Of a stretch of 64,000 bases of DNA, positions 1-10,567 are shown piece by piece. The position numbers and the translations under genes were made by a program. This stretch comes from an uncultured cyanobacterium (GTDB taxonomy: Bacteria; Cyanobacteriota; Cyanobacteriia; Cyanobacteriales; Nostocaceae). Each line of letters opens with the position of its first letter. Position 1 is the stretch's first letter. The notes beneath the pieces were generated by a model. It saw only the letters and a program-made list of their open reading frames with translations, searched no databases and was not told where the DNA came from. Location: contig OY970166.1 of NCBI GenBank assembly GCA_963706595.1, forward strand, positions 2,272,001 through 2,336,000, in the 5' to 3' direction.

Positions 1-79
1 TACCTTTGGGAAGATGTAGCCAACTCATAAACCAGTATCAAATATAGCAGGAGGGCAAAATTTCCTAAATCAGGAGACT

Positions 80-1102
80 ATGAATTTACAGGCGATTTGG
101 ACGCTATTTCCAGAAACTTTTAAACAATGGAGTGAAGATAAAGCCTCACGGTTAGCCGCAGCATTAGCTTATTACACGATATTTTCTATTGCACCATTGC
201 TAATTATTGTAATTGCGATCGCAGGCGCAGTATTTGGAGAAGAAGCCGCCAGGGGTGAAATTGTTCGCCAAATTGAGGATTTGGTGGGCAGAGATGGCGC
301 ACAATTCCTGGAAATAGCCATTAAAAATGCTAGCAGACCACAAGCCAGTGCGATCGCCTCTATTCTGAGTATTGTAATTTTACTCATAGGTGCTACTGGT
401 GTATTTGCGGAGTTACAAGATTCCCTCAACACCATTTGGGATGTCAAAGCAAGACCTGGACGTGGCATCATGACCATAATTCGCCAACGCTTCTTATCAT
501 TCACCATGATTTTAGGTATTGGCTTTTTACTTCTCGTTTCTTTAGTCATTAGTGCCGGATTATCAGCACTGACAACTTATTTTAGCCACGTCTTACCAGA
601 GATTGATTCCATCTGGCAGATGCTCAATTTTCTGCTTTCTTTCGCCATTACTACAGTTATTTTTGCACTAATTTTTAAAGTTTTACCAGATGTCAGAATT
701 ACTTGGAGTGATGTTTTAATTGGTGCATTGCTTACGTCTTTTTTATTTGTGATTGGTAAGTTTTTGTTAGGACAGTATATCGGTAGAAGCACTTTAGGTT
801 CAGCTTATGGTGCGGCTGGTTCACTGGTGGTAATCATCGCTTGGGTTTACTATGCTGCCCAAATTCTGTTTTTTGGCGCAGAGTTTACCCAAGTTTATGC
901 GAGGCGATACGGTACTGACATCACCCCAACTAAAAACGCTATCCCACGCACTGCTAAAACTGCTGTCGAGGGAAGGGTAATAAATAATCATCCGCAAAAT
1001 ACTCAAAGAAAAAAGCAAGCCTCTCGCTTAATTAATCGTGTTCTCCGTTATTTTAGGCATCCCAAGCGCTTAAAACGCCGCCGCAGAAATCGCCGCTATT
1101 GA
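80..1102 (+). CDS. YihY/virulence factor BrkB family inner-membrane protein
   Basis: LAAALAYYTIFSIAPLL and YGAAGSLVVIIAWVYYAAQILFFGAE motifs; several TM helices; AGGAG SD upstream. Confidence 0.9.
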   Translation: MNLQAIWTLFPETFKQWSEDKASRLAAALAYYTIFSIAPLLIIVIAIAGAVFGEEAARGEIVRQIEDLVGRDGAQFLEIAIKNASRPQASAIASILSIVILLIGATGVFAELQDSLNTIWDVKARPGRGIMTIIRQRFLSFTMILGIGFLLLVSLVISAGLSALTTYFSHVLPEIDSIWQMLNFLLSFAITTVIFALIFKVLPDVRITWSDVLIGALLTSFLFVIGKFLLGQYIGRSTLGSAYGAAGSLVVIIAWVYYAAQILFFGAEFTQVYARRYGTDITPTKNAIPRTAKTAVEGRVINNHPQNTQRKKQASRLINRVLRYFRHPKRLKRRRRNRRY

Positions 1103-1177
1103 ATTTATTGCCTAACTGATAGTTATGGTTGGGTTAATTAAACTGTAGAATATGACAGTTGTATTCTGCCGCGAACG

Positions 1178-2473
1178 TTGATTGAGCGTTATACTCTGCC
1201 CGAAATGGGCAACCTGTGGACTGAAACTTACAAATTAAAAACCTGGCTTCAGGTGGAAATTGCAGTTTGTGAAGCCCAAGCTGAACTGGGTTATATTCCT
1301 TCTCAGGCAGTTGAAGAAATTAAAGCTAAGGCGAATTTTGACCCGAAGCGTGTGTTGGAAATTGAAGCTGAAGTCCGTCACGATGTCATTGCCTTTTTAA
1401 CCAATGTCAATGAATATGTGGGTGATGCTGGGCGTTATATTCATCTGGGTTTAACTAGCTCGGATGTACTAGATACCGCTTTAGGACTACAATTAGTTGC
1501 TAGTCTGGATCTCATATCCCAACACCTGGAAGAGTTGATTCAGGTAATTCGCCTCAAGGCGCGAGAACATCGTTATACAGTCATGACTGGCCGTTCACAC
1601 GGTATTCACGCTGAACCGATGACTTTTGGATTTAAGTTAGCTGGATGGTTAGCTGAGGTGTTGCGCCATCAAGAAAGGCTGAAAGTTCTCCGGGAAACCA
1701 TCGCTGTGGGGAAAATTTCCGGTGCTGTGGGAACCTATGCCAATATTGAACCACGAGTAGAAGCGATCGCTTGTGAAAAACTTGGACTCAAACCTGATAC
1801 GGCCTCGACTCAAGTAATTTCGCGCGATCGCCATGCCGACTATGTGCAACAATTAGCCTTAGTCGCCGCCTCCATTGAACGCTTTGCTGTAGAAATTCGG
1901 AATCTCCAAAGAACAGACGTTTTGGAAGTTGAAGAATTTTTCGCCAAGGGTCAAAAAGGCTCATCAGCCATGCCCCACAAGCGCAACCCCATCCGTTCGG
2001 AACGCTTAACGGGAATGGCTAGGTTGGTGAGAAGTCATGCCGGTGCAGCCCTGGAAAACGTGGCTTTATGGCATGAACGGGATATTTCTCACAGTTCTGT
2101 AGAACGGGTAATTTTGCCAGATGCTTGCATTTTGACTCACTTTATGCTGGTAGAAATTACCGGATTGGTGAAAAACTTGCTGGTGTACCCGGAAAACATG
2201 GCGCGGAACCTCAACTGCTACGGCGGTGTAGTGTTTAGCCAAAAAGTTCTACTGGCTTTAATAGACAAGGGAATGAACCGAGAAGAAGCTTATGCCATTG
2301 TTCAAGAAAGCGCTCATACTGCTTGGAACAAGCCAGAAGGAGACTTCCACGCGTTAATTACTCAAAACCCGCGTGTAACTGAAAATCTGTCCCCAGCAGA
2401 AATTGAAGCCTGTTTTGACCCACAGCAACATCTGCGTCATTTAGATCCAGTTTACCAACGATTAGGGATTTAG
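1178..2473 (+). CDS. purB: Adenylosuccinate lyase
   Basis: MIERY start, RHDVIAF, GSSAMPHKRNP signature. Confidence 0.97.
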   Translation: MIERYTLPEMGNLWTETYKLKTWLQVEIAVCEAQAELGYIPSQAVEEIKAKANFDPKRVLEIEAEVRHDVIAFLTNVNEYVGDAGRYIHLGLTSSDVLDTALGLQLVASLDLISQHLEELIQVIRLKAREHRYTVMTGRSHGIHAEPMTFGFKLAGWLAEVLRHQERLKVLRETIAVGKISGAVGTYANIEPRVEAIACEKLGLKPDTASTQVISRDRHADYVQQLALVAASIERFAVEIRNLQRTDVLEVEEFFAKGQKGSSAMPHKRNPIRSERLTGMARLVRSHAGAALENVALWHERDISHSSVERVILPDACILTHFMLVEITGLVKNLLVYPENMARNLNCYGGVVFSQKVLLALIDKGMNREEAYAIVQESAHTAWNKPEGDFHALITQNPRVTENLSPAEIEACFDPQQHLRHLDPVYQRLGI

Positions 2474-2519
2474 GCAGGGAGAAGAGGCAGGGGAGCAGGG
2501 AGCAGGGAGCAGGGGAGAA
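2474..2519. repeat. Short tandem repeat (GGGAGCA-type STRR)
   Basis: gcaggggagcagggagcagggagcaggggagaag directly after purB stop. Confidence 0.75.
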
Positions 2520-2572
2520 GACGTTGGGCTTGTACCAAAATTTTTCTTCCTCATCTCCCCTTGCGACTAATA

Positions 2573-3040
2573 TTAAAATACCTGAACTCGTGCTAAACCA
2601 TAGGGAATTTCTCGCATAAAGCCTACGTGATTACCAGAGACTTGATAGTGGAAAACTTGACCAGCCGGCATGGGAGGCGTAAATCCTACATCCATCATGG
2701 CTATTTCTAGGGTAGTTGCAGGAGGTATTGGTTGAGCAAAATTGATTCTCACCATGTCCTCTTCTTTAGAAACCACTGCTTCAATAGTTTCACCCGCTTC
2801 ATCGGTGACTCGAATGTTTTCACCAAGATCCATAAAATCTGAGGGACGAATGGTAATGCTAGATAAAGGCTGTTCCCCAGTATACAGGCTGATGTAATGC
2901 CGATCTGGTAAACCACTGGTGCTGCTAATGCGAGGGGCGCTTTGATTATACTGGATTTGTTGCCCTTGAGCTATGGCTGGAAGATTTATTGTGGCGATCG
3001 CTAAACTTAAAGTCGATAAGCAAATCAATTTTTTCATCAT
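2573..3040 (-). CDS. Secreted DUF2808-like protein
   Basis: Signal peptide, INFAQPIPPATTLEI motif typical of cyanobacterial DUF2808. Confidence 0.65.
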   Translation of the reverse strand: MMKKLICLSTLSLAIATINLPAIAQGQQIQYNQSAPRISSTSGLPDRHYISLYTGEQPLSSITIRPSDFMDLGENIRVTDEAGETIEAVVSKEEDMVRINFAQPIPPATTLEIAMMDVGFTPPMPAGQVFHYQVSGNHVGFMREIPYGLARVQVF

Positions 3041-3300
3041 TGAACTCCAATAAATAAAATTAATCGAGATATACAGATATACAGATACACAGATATATAG
3101 ACGCGATGAATCGCGTCTCTACAAGGGGAAATTTTGGTAATTTCTCAATGGAAACAAGTAATCTGAATACCTCTTGAATTTCACGTTACAAAGGTGAAAA
3201 ATAGATTACGTCTCACTAATGGGATATTTAATATGGGACTCCTATTTGATTTCTGTTGGCCTAGCCTGCGCTTTGCACTTACAACTCAAAAAGCTGTTTC

Positions 3301-3367
3301 CCATTCCCCACTCCCCACTCCCCACTCCCCACTCCCCACTCCCCACTCCCTACTCCCTACTCCCCAG
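3301..3367. repeat. STRR heptamer array (TCCCCAC)n
   Basis: About 9 tandem heptamers; similar arrays at 15877-15908 and 35910-35956. Confidence 0.85.
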
Positions 3368-3436
3368 CTATAAATAAAATAGGGGCGCAAAGTCTCGCGT
3401 CCCCACCAATTTAAGAATTGCTATTTTATGATAAAT

Positions 3437-4604
3437 TTACTGCAAAAGCCCAATTAGATGCAGAAAACCATGACCAGTAACTATCTCAATCACTAAAGCA
3501 ATAAAGCCCAGCATCGCAATGCGACCATTCCAGACTTCGGCGCTAGTCGTCATCCCCCATTCCCAGTTTTCTTGGGGGTACATTTTCACCCTTTTTTTCA
3601 TTTGTGCAGCTTGGGAAAGCTTAAAACTGGGGTTGTTTAGGGCATCAATTACTAGGTCTGCCAGTGCTTTAATAAATACGGGATGAGTATTGGGCGCAGC
3701 AGCGCGACGGAAGTTATGAATTCCTGACTCTTCGGCTATTTCTCGATATTCAATATCAATTTCTTGTAAAGTCTCGATGTGTTCTGAGACAAAACTGATA
3801 GGTACAACCACTAAGTCTTTTACGCCTTCTGCGCCCAGTTGTCTGAGTGCATCTTCAGTATAAGGTTGGAGCCATTCTACTGGTCCGACACGACTTTGGT
3901 AGGCTAGGGTGTAAAGATTGGGTCGATTGAGAGTCTGCATAATTAATGCAGTACATTCTTCAATTTCTTGCTCATAGGGGTCTCCGGCTTCTTCAACGTA
4001 GCTTTTAGGAACGCCGTGAGCGCTGAAAAATATATGAGCTTCATCAGGGTTGGGACATTGGTCGAGTTCTTGGGCTATGAGTTGGGCCATAGCTTGCAGA
4101 TAACTTGGTTCTTTGTACCAAGAGGGAATCACAGTATAGTCAATGGGCTGAAGTTCTGGCTTTTCTCGCCAAAGTTTATCTAACAGCCGAAAGCTAGAAC
4201 CACTAGGTACTAATGGAAAACTGTGGGTACAGTGGTAAAATTACCAGGTGTTCGATATTATCAGCAGCAATTTGTGCGATCGCCTCTTCTGTGTAAGGAT
4301 GCCAATAACGCATTCCTACGTAGATATCCACTTCTTGACCCAAATCACCCAAATGTTGTTTCAGGGCTTGTCCTTGTTCCTCAGTGATTCGCCGTAGTGG
4401 AGAACCGCCGCCAATTTGCTTATAATTCGCTTGAGATGTTGTAGTCCGCCGTGTAGCAATAAACCAAGCTAGAGGTTTTTGCAGCCAGCGAAACGGTAGG
4501 CGAATAATTTCTGGGTCGGAAAATAGGTTATACAAAAAAGGCCCGACATCCTCTAGCTTATCGGGGCCACCGAGATTGAGTAATAAAACGCCTACACGAC
4601 TCAT
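3437..4604 (-). CDS. hemH: Ferrochelatase with C-terminal CAB/HLIP helix; +1 frameshift at ~4206 (probable sequencing error)
   Basis: [64 protein letters not shown]; removing one G of GG at 4206-4207 joins the two ORFs. Confidence 0.95.
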
Positions 4605-4888
4605 AGCACTTATTTTCCCCCAATCTTTTCAGGTTTTTTACTAATGTTAACAATATATTATCTTTATTAAATATAAAGCTTTATAGTCAGCAAACACGAA
4701 ATGTCAACAATCTTAAGAGATTGGTGTTACCAGTTCGTAGTTGCGCTTTAGCGCTCTCTCGTTCAGCAATGCCTTGACAATGCTGATAATTTAATTAATC
4801 TTTCTCAATTCTAGACTATTTTTGTAGCAATTATCAAGATAGGCAATTTTCAACAATTTATTCACAAAATGTAATATTCTGCCATTTT

Positions 4889-5788
4889 TTATGAGAAATA
4901 AGCTGTCAAATAGGGTTGTAATAGACCAATGATCACTTCTGGGGTTTCGAGATGGGGTAAAATTCCTGTATGTGCGATCGCATAAAAATCGCGAATTGCG
5001 CCTATATTCAGATTGGCTAAACGTCGCCCTAGCTTGATGCTGGTAAATTGTGCCTTCTCGCCCCAAAACATCACCGTAGGAGTTTTCAGTTGCTGAATGT
5101 ACAAACTCAAATCAAAATACAAGTCTCCCCGCAAAAATGCCAAAGCGGAAAACTTAGCATTGGGCTGTTGTGCAGAAATTAAATAAGCATCGACGATTTC
5201 TTGAGAAACCCGTTCGGCTTGAACAAATAGAAAGTTTTGCAGAAAATTTCTCACAGCAATTTCATTTTCAGCGCCTAGAGTGTAAATTAAATTATCCACT
5301 AGCGGCGAGTTAATAATTGGCAATGGTATTCTGCGTCCAGCACCCTGACCAAAGTCATCAAAGCCAGAGGGACAGACTAAAAACAAGCTGTGAAATAAAT
5401 CAGGATAGTTAATAGCCAAACGGATAGCGAAAGCTGCTGTCAAAGAAGAAGCCACTACCGTCACTGGTTGGCGGCAAGTTTGGGTGATAAACTCCTGAAT
5501 AGTATTCAAATAATCCCTAATTTGATAGTCTCGCACTGGATGAGCCGATTCACCCCAACCAATTAAATCTGGTGCTAAAATTCGGTGCGTAGCTGCAAAA
5601 GCTGGGTAAACCTTAGACCATTCAAACGCAGAAGCCCCACCGCCAAAGTTATGCAGAAATAATAGCGGAGGTAAATCTTCCGTCTCAGCATTTAACCAAG
5701 GTGCAGTGGTTTGGGTATAGTAAACCATAGCCCCTAGAGATGTATTAATAACTTTATGCCCAAAGCCGGGAGGTTGAAACTGAAGCAT
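4889..5788 (-). CDS. Alpha/beta hydrolase fold protein
   Basis: LFLHNFGGG, APDLIGWGES, VASSL nucleophile-elbow region, ILPHLE. Confidence 0.85.
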   Translation of the reverse strand: MLQFQPPGFGHKVINTSLGAMVYYTQTTAPWLNAETEDLPPLLFLHNFGGGASAFEWSKVYPAFAATHRILAPDLIGWGESAHPVRDYQIRDYLNTIQEFITQTCRQPVTVVASSLTAAFAIRLAINYPDLFHSLFLVCPSGFDDFGQGAGRRIPLPIINSPLVDNLIYTLGAENEIAVRNFLQNFLFVQAERVSQEIVDAYLISAQQPNAKFSALAFLRGDLYFDLSLYIQQLKTPTVMFWGEKAQFTSIKLGRRLANLNIGAIRDFYAIAHTGILPHLETPEVIIGLLQPYLTAYFS

Positions 5789-5791
5789 AAA

Positions 5792-6283
5792 TTATTTGCC
5801 TGTAATATGAACCAGTTTATCGAGTTGTTCACCACTAATCTCATAAGCTGTCCCAAAACCAATCACAAAACGACCAGCGCTAGGAGTTAAGCGAAAAATC
5901 CGAAAGTCTGGTAAACCCCGAAAAACTTCAATCAGTTCGCCAAAACGCTCTTTAAATTGGGCAACAATTTGATTCCAAGTTTCAGTTTCACGTTCTATCA
6001 AAGTGGCTGTACAATCAAAACTCAACCGCCGACGGGCAAAAATTTGCTCACTTTTAGATTCATCCTCAATAAATAAGACACTCACACGAGGATTGACATG
6101 GATATTTTGAGTGTGAATTGCTAAACCACTAACGTAGATATAGATATTTTTAGCATCATCCATCACAAAAGGAGTGTAACCAGTGTTGGGTATACCTGCC
6201 TGACTAACTGTGCTAATGATTACACTTTCAACAGTTTGAGGAAAAGTTTCATACTCAGCTTGAGCTTGTTCAATTTTGCTCAT
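5792..6283 (-). CDS. HugZ/pyridoxamine 5'-phosphate oxidase-like split-barrel protein
   Basis: YVSGLAIHTQN, VLFIEDE, FARRRL, DF...GRFVIGFG. Confidence 0.85.
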   Translation of the reverse strand: MSKIEQAQAEYETFPQTVESVIISTVSQAGIPNTGYTPFVMDDAKNIYIYVSGLAIHTQNIHVNPRVSVLFIEDESKSEQIFARRRLSFDCTATLIERETETWNQIVAQFKERFGELIEVFRGLPDFRIFRLTPSAGRFVIGFGTAYEISGEQLDKLVHITGK

Positions 6284-6460
6284 AATAGTTTGATTAGGAA
6301 CATTTCTTGAGTATCCTAACGCGATTCAGCTAGAGGATGGAAGGCGTTTTGCAATGGGGTAGAAAGAAATAACGTTCGCGTAGCGCATACCACAGAGGCG
6401 CAGAGTACACAGAGTGAAGAGAGTTTGAGGGTTTTTTTACGTAAGTCCTATAAATCCAGT

Positions 6461-6498
6461 CCCCCTCCTCGCTTGCGGGGAGGGGCTAGGGGTGGGGT
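6461..6498. repeat. Dispersed REP-like palindrome CCCCTCCTCGCTTGCGGGGAGGGG + G-rich tail
   Basis: Near-identical copies at 20068-20109 and 60014-60054. Confidence 0.85.
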
Positions 6499-6577
6499 CT
6501 TATGAGAGGGTTTGGGGGTGAGGTTCTGAGGTTCGTTATCATGTATGTAACAGCAAAAAAATTATGAGGACGCGATT

Positions 6578-8062
6578 GTGGCTGACAAAAATCGTTCTCA
6601 ATGGGACTTAGGTAGGTTTATCGATACCTTGACCTATTTCGAGGTATTTCCCTTGCTTAACTGGGTACAGCAGTTAATTCAAGGTCGTCCCAATGATAAT
6701 CAAAATCTACCCAATGGAGGCAGAAATGTGGGTGTAATACTGGTAGCGGGTGCGACGGGTGGCGTAGGTAAACGAGTTGTGCGGCGACTTGTGGAACGAG
6801 GTGAGAAAGTTCGCGCCCTTGTGCGAGATATTGATAAAGCCCGGTCAATTCTTGGCGATGATATTGACTTAGTAGCTGGGGATATTACTAAACCAGAAAC
6901 CTTAAATTCTATGGTCATGGCTAATATCCAAGCTGTAGTTTGTTGCACTTCAGTTCGTGTCCAACCAGTGGAAGGCGACACACCGGATAGGGCTAAATAC
7001 AATCAAGGTGTAAAATTTTATATGCCGGAAATTGTCGGTGATACTCCCGAAAATGTGGAATATCAAGGTGTGAAAAACTTGGTGGAAGCTGCGGCTAAAT
7101 ATCTACCTCCAGCTAATGAAAAACTGATATTTGATTTTACTAATCCCTCGGCGGAATTAAGAAATGTTTGGGGTGCGGTGGATGATGTAGTTATGGGTGG
7201 TGTTAGTGCCAGTAATATGCAATTATTAGAAAATACGGCTGTGTTTGCTGGTAATGTTTCCACAGCTAACTCCGGTGGCTTTGCTTCGGTGAGAACGAAG
7301 AATTTTGAACCTCCTTTTAACTTATCCGGTTACGAAGGTGTAGAACTGCGGGTTAAAGGTGACGGTCAACGTTATAAACTATTTTTACGGACAGATCAGA
7401 AATGGGATGGCGTGGGTTACAGTTATTCTTTTGACACTGTAGATAATACTTGGATAACTGTTCGCGTTCCTTTTAAAGATTTGGTTCCCGTATTTCGCGC
7501 TAAAGTTTTGCAGGATGCGCCGCCGATTTATGCTGGTAAGGTGGCATCATTTCAACTGATGTTGAGTAAGTTTGAATATGATGGGGCTTTAAATCCTAAG
7601 TTTTCAGCCGGTAATTTTGCTTTACAAATAGAATCTATCAAGGCTTATGGTGGGGAGAGTTTTCCGCAGTTTGTCCTTATTAGTTCCGCCGGGGTAACTC
7701 GTCCGGGAAGACCTGGGATTAATTTAGATGAAGAACCCCCAGCAGTAAGATTAAATGACCAGTTGGGAGGAATTTTAACCTGGAAGTTGAAAGGTGAAGA
7801 TAGTTTAAGAGCCAGTGGGATTCCTTATACAATTATTAGACCTTGTGCTTTAACTGAGGAAGCCGGCGGTAAGGAGTTAATTTTTGAGCAAGGTGATAAT
7901 ATTAGGGGCAAAATTAGCCGTGATGATGTAGCTGAACTTTGTGTGCGATCGCTCCAACAATCCAATGCTCATAATATCACCTTAGAAGTGAAATCAGGTG
8001 AAAATAACGCTAATTATATCAATTGGCAGCAGCTATTTTCTAACTTACAGCCAGATGAATAA
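6578..8062 (+). CDS. NAD(P)-binding Rossmann protein with inserted CIA30 domain
   Basis: VAGATGGVG; WGAVDDVVMGGVS...NSGGFASVR CIA30 motif. Confidence 0.9.
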   Translation: MADKNRSQWDLGRFIDTLTYFEVFPLLNWVQQLIQGRPNDNQNLPNGGRNVGVILVAGATGGVGKRVVRRLVERGEKVRALVRDIDKARSILGDDIDLVAGDITKPETLNSMVMANIQAVVCCTSVRVQPVEGDTPDRAKYNQGVKFYMPEIVGDTPENVEYQGVKNLVEAAAKYLPPANEKLIFDFTNPSAELRNVWGAVDDVVMGGVSASNMQLLENTAVFAGNVSTANSGGFASVRTKNFEPPFNLSGYEGVELRVKGDGQRYKLFLRTDQKWDGVGYSYSFDTVDNTWITVRVPFKDLVPVFRAKVLQDAPPIYAGKVASFQLMLSKFEYDGALNPKFSAGNFALQIESIKAYGGESFPQFVLISSAGVTRPGRPGINLDEEPPAVRLNDQLGGILTWKLKGEDSLRASGIPYTIIRPCALTEEAGGKELIFEQGDNIRGKISRDDVAELCVRSLQQSNAHNITLEVKSGENNANYINWQQLFSNLQPDE

Positions 8063-8157
8063 TTCAAACTAGCAAAACGGGGGAAACGGAGACAGGGAAA
8101 ATACTAAAAACAGATAATCGTTTCCCACCTCCCACCTCCACCGCAGGAGTTGATGAA

Positions 8158-8493
8158 ATGTTTCGCAGATTAATTTTAGCTGGAGTTTTAGTAATTATCG
8201 TTTGGTTGGGATTATTGTCCCAGCCAGTCTCATCACAGCAAATAGAATCTAGATTTAATAATTTACAAGCTGATTTCAATCGTGTCGAGTCGCGCTTAAG
8301 GCGAGTAGAGTCCCAGTTGAATCAAATGGGTAAAACTCCATCACCCAGAACATCACTTACCCGACCGCAGTCAACTGATGCTGAACGTGATTTATCGCCG
8401 CAAGAACAAAAGTTTGAGCGCTTGGCTACCTTAGTAGTGGAATTAAAGCAACAAGTTAATCAATTAGAGAAGAGAGTTGCTCAATTAGAATAA
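8158..8493 (+). CDS. Hypothetical secreted coiled-coil protein
   Basis: Signal peptide, heptad pattern, FERLATLVVELK; SD AGGAG. Confidence 0.7.
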   Translation: MFRRLILAGVLVIIVWLGLLSQPVSSQQIESRFNNLQADFNRVESRLRRVESQLNQMGKTPSPRTSLTRPQSTDAERDLSPQEQKFERLATLVVELKQQVNQLEKRVAQLE

Positions 8494-8532
8494 CTGTGAT
8501 CAGCAATTTTTAAATGATACCACGAGAGCGTC

Positions 8533-8565
8533 AGATCCCCGACTTCTTCAAGAAGTCGGGGATCT
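8533..8565. repeat. Palindromic dispersed repeat / possible terminator
   Basis: agatccccgacttctt-c-aagaagtcggggatct perfect inverted repeat between convergent genes. Confidence 0.7.
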
Positions 8566-8769
8566 TTGGATTCTTATTTAGGATTGGCATATATGGATAT
8601 TATATTAATTTTTGATCAAAATTAGCGGTAACAAGTTTATTTCTCTATCACCAAAAACTTTCAACGTTCTCGCTGGGAATAAAACTCATTACCGCTATTT
8701 GTACATCCCATTTATGGGTATGGCTTGCTAGTTTTCGCTAATTCGCAGAAAAACTTAAAAAAGCAACTT

Positions 8770-9189
8770 CTAACCTTCGACAGTTAATTTACCAACCATA
8801 CCAGCACCACGGTGAGGTTCGCAATAGAAGGTGTAGTCACCAGCAGGTGCGTCTGAGGGAATTGTGGTTGTTTGTTTTTGACCAGGACTCATCAGCAATT
8901 GCTTGTGAGACAGGCTTTTTGCCAAATCAGCACTCTTTGCGGGGTTTTTCGCCGCATCAAACACAACGTTATGGGGAGGAACTTTGTTGTTCACCCACTC
9001 AATTGTGTCACCTGGTTTAACTGTCAATTTGCTAGGTTCAAATGCTAGCATTCCTTTGTCACTACCCAGTTTGACCTGGAAGGTTTCAGCTGAAGCGCTG
9101 GGTGTGAAAACGACAAAGCTACTAACAACTAAAAGCACTGTCAACACCGATAGAGTCAAACGTCGCCAGCTTGCAGCAAACAATTTCAT
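8770..9189 (-). CDS. petE: Plastocyanin
   Basis: Signal peptide, [17 protein letters not shown] copper ligands. Confidence 0.98.
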   Translation of the reverse strand: MKLFAASWRRLTLSVLTVLLVVSSFVVFTPSASAETFQVKLGSDKGMLAFEPSKLTVKPGDTIEWVNNKVPPHNVVFDAAKNPAKSADLAKSLSHKQLLMSPGQKQTTTIPSDAPAGDYTFYCEPHRGAGMVGKLTVEG

Positions 9190-9255
9190 GGCTTTCTCCT
9201 AACTATACTTTTTATTTTCCCTTTCCCATTTTAAATAAAATCAACGCCAAAATAT

Positions 9256-9266
9256 GACAATCTGTC
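9256..9266 (-). promoter_or_regulatory. GAC-N5-GTC palindrome, candidate PetR operator of petE
   Basis: GACAATCTGTC ~67 bp upstream of petE; resembles the PetR box as I recall it. Confidence 0.5.
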
Positions 9267-9468
9267 GTAGATAAAATTTTTTTTTTATAATTTCGGCTAA
9301 ATCATCAGTTTTTCTGGTGCCATGGAAGATAGTTACAAGGCTACATGACATCCCAGAATTTATGGGTCAAACGTCAGCTTTGCAGAGAATACTTTAAAAG
9401 TGAAGTAGGGACAATTCAGGAATTATCCCTACCATAAACCCCACTCCAAAGCTTTTCTTTACAAACCG

Positions 9469-9603
9469 CTACGGTATATACACCAGTCCAAAAACCTTTA
9501 TTTGGGTAGGGTGCGTTATGGACGCTAGTCCTAACGCACCGAAAATCGAGGATGGTGCGTTGCGCTACGCGACAACACTACAAAAGTTGTGTGTACACGG
9601 TAG
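9469..9603. mobile_element. MITE-like element
   Basis: Imperfect terminal IR ctacggtatatacac / gtgtacacggtag; internal hairpin ggtgcgtta...taacgcacc. Confidence 0.5.
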
Positions 9604-9674
9604 CTTCACGACGGTACTAGTTCTTAGCTACTTATTTACACTCAGTACCCAGGAGTGAGTTATCTACCTGGAGT

Positions 9675-10166
9675 TTAGTAATAAATTTTACCGCCACCCC
9701 ACTTATCACCAACGATTTTTGGCTGGAGAAGAATATGACCAGCCACAGCTTCTAAGTCATCGTCGGTGAAAATTCTCATTTCTGTGAAAATATCTGCACT
9801 CTTGATGCTGGGGTGTAACTCAGAAATTTCCACTTCACCGTCATAGGTTGTGGGATTTTTCATGTAGTCCACCAATCCTTCAATATTATTGCGGTTTGGT
9901 GTGGCTAGTGCCAGAGATTCTGGTTCTAGTCCCACGTTTTGGTTAGTCTTGGTAACACCGCCAGCATGACACTGGGCGCAAGCATATTGAAATAAGCGTT
10001 TACCTTCTTTTACTTGTTTAAGGCTGAGTACAACAGTATCACCCTGGTCATTTAATGGCACTGTTCTGATTGCTTCGTCCAGTTCTAATGCTGTCGCGCT
10101 ACCGACAACTAACTGAAATGTCAGCAAAAGGGTAGCAACAACAACGCCAATTAGTCTTCTAAACAT
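9675..10166 (-). CDS. psbV: Cytochrome c550 of PSII
   Basis: CAQCH heme motif, KNPTTYDG, KWGGGKIYY C-terminus. Confidence 0.98.
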   Translation of the reverse strand: MFRRLIGVVVATLLLTFQLVVGSATALELDEAIRTVPLNDQGDTVVLSLKQVKEGKRLFQYACAQCHAGGVTKTNQNVGLEPESLALATPNRNNIEGLVDYMKNPTTYDGEVEISELHPSIKSADIFTEMRIFTDDDLEAVAGHILLQPKIVGDKWGGGKIYY

Positions 10167-10567
10167 GATTCCCCTTAAAATTTTTGACGCTCAACACAGC
10201 TAATAAAGCGATGCCCAATCTCCATGTTGCTGTAGTCTGCTGCTATCTCTGCGCTCAGTAGGTTTGCAAAACCCATAATAGTGATTAACACAACAGATAG
10301 AGATTGAGTCACTGTAATACCAATATCACGTTCAGAGTGCAATTTGTCGCCCAAAATATGGTGATAGTTGAAGTGGGGATCAACGGCTAATACGTCAATA
10401 TAGACTTCATATTATGTAATATAATCAAATGACCAATAGTTCCTTAATGGTACAAGCCCCCAGATTTATCTGTGGAATCAATCAAAAATCCCAAATCTAA
10501 AATCCTCAAGCCGTAGATTTATCTGTAGGGTCAATCTAAAATCTAAAATCTAAAATTGTTTGACAAT

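Noticed and set aside
4130..4210. Programmed frameshifting in hemH (or cysK)
   Set aside because: No slippery heptamer or stimulator seen; three similar +/-1 homopolymer breaks are better explained by sequencing error
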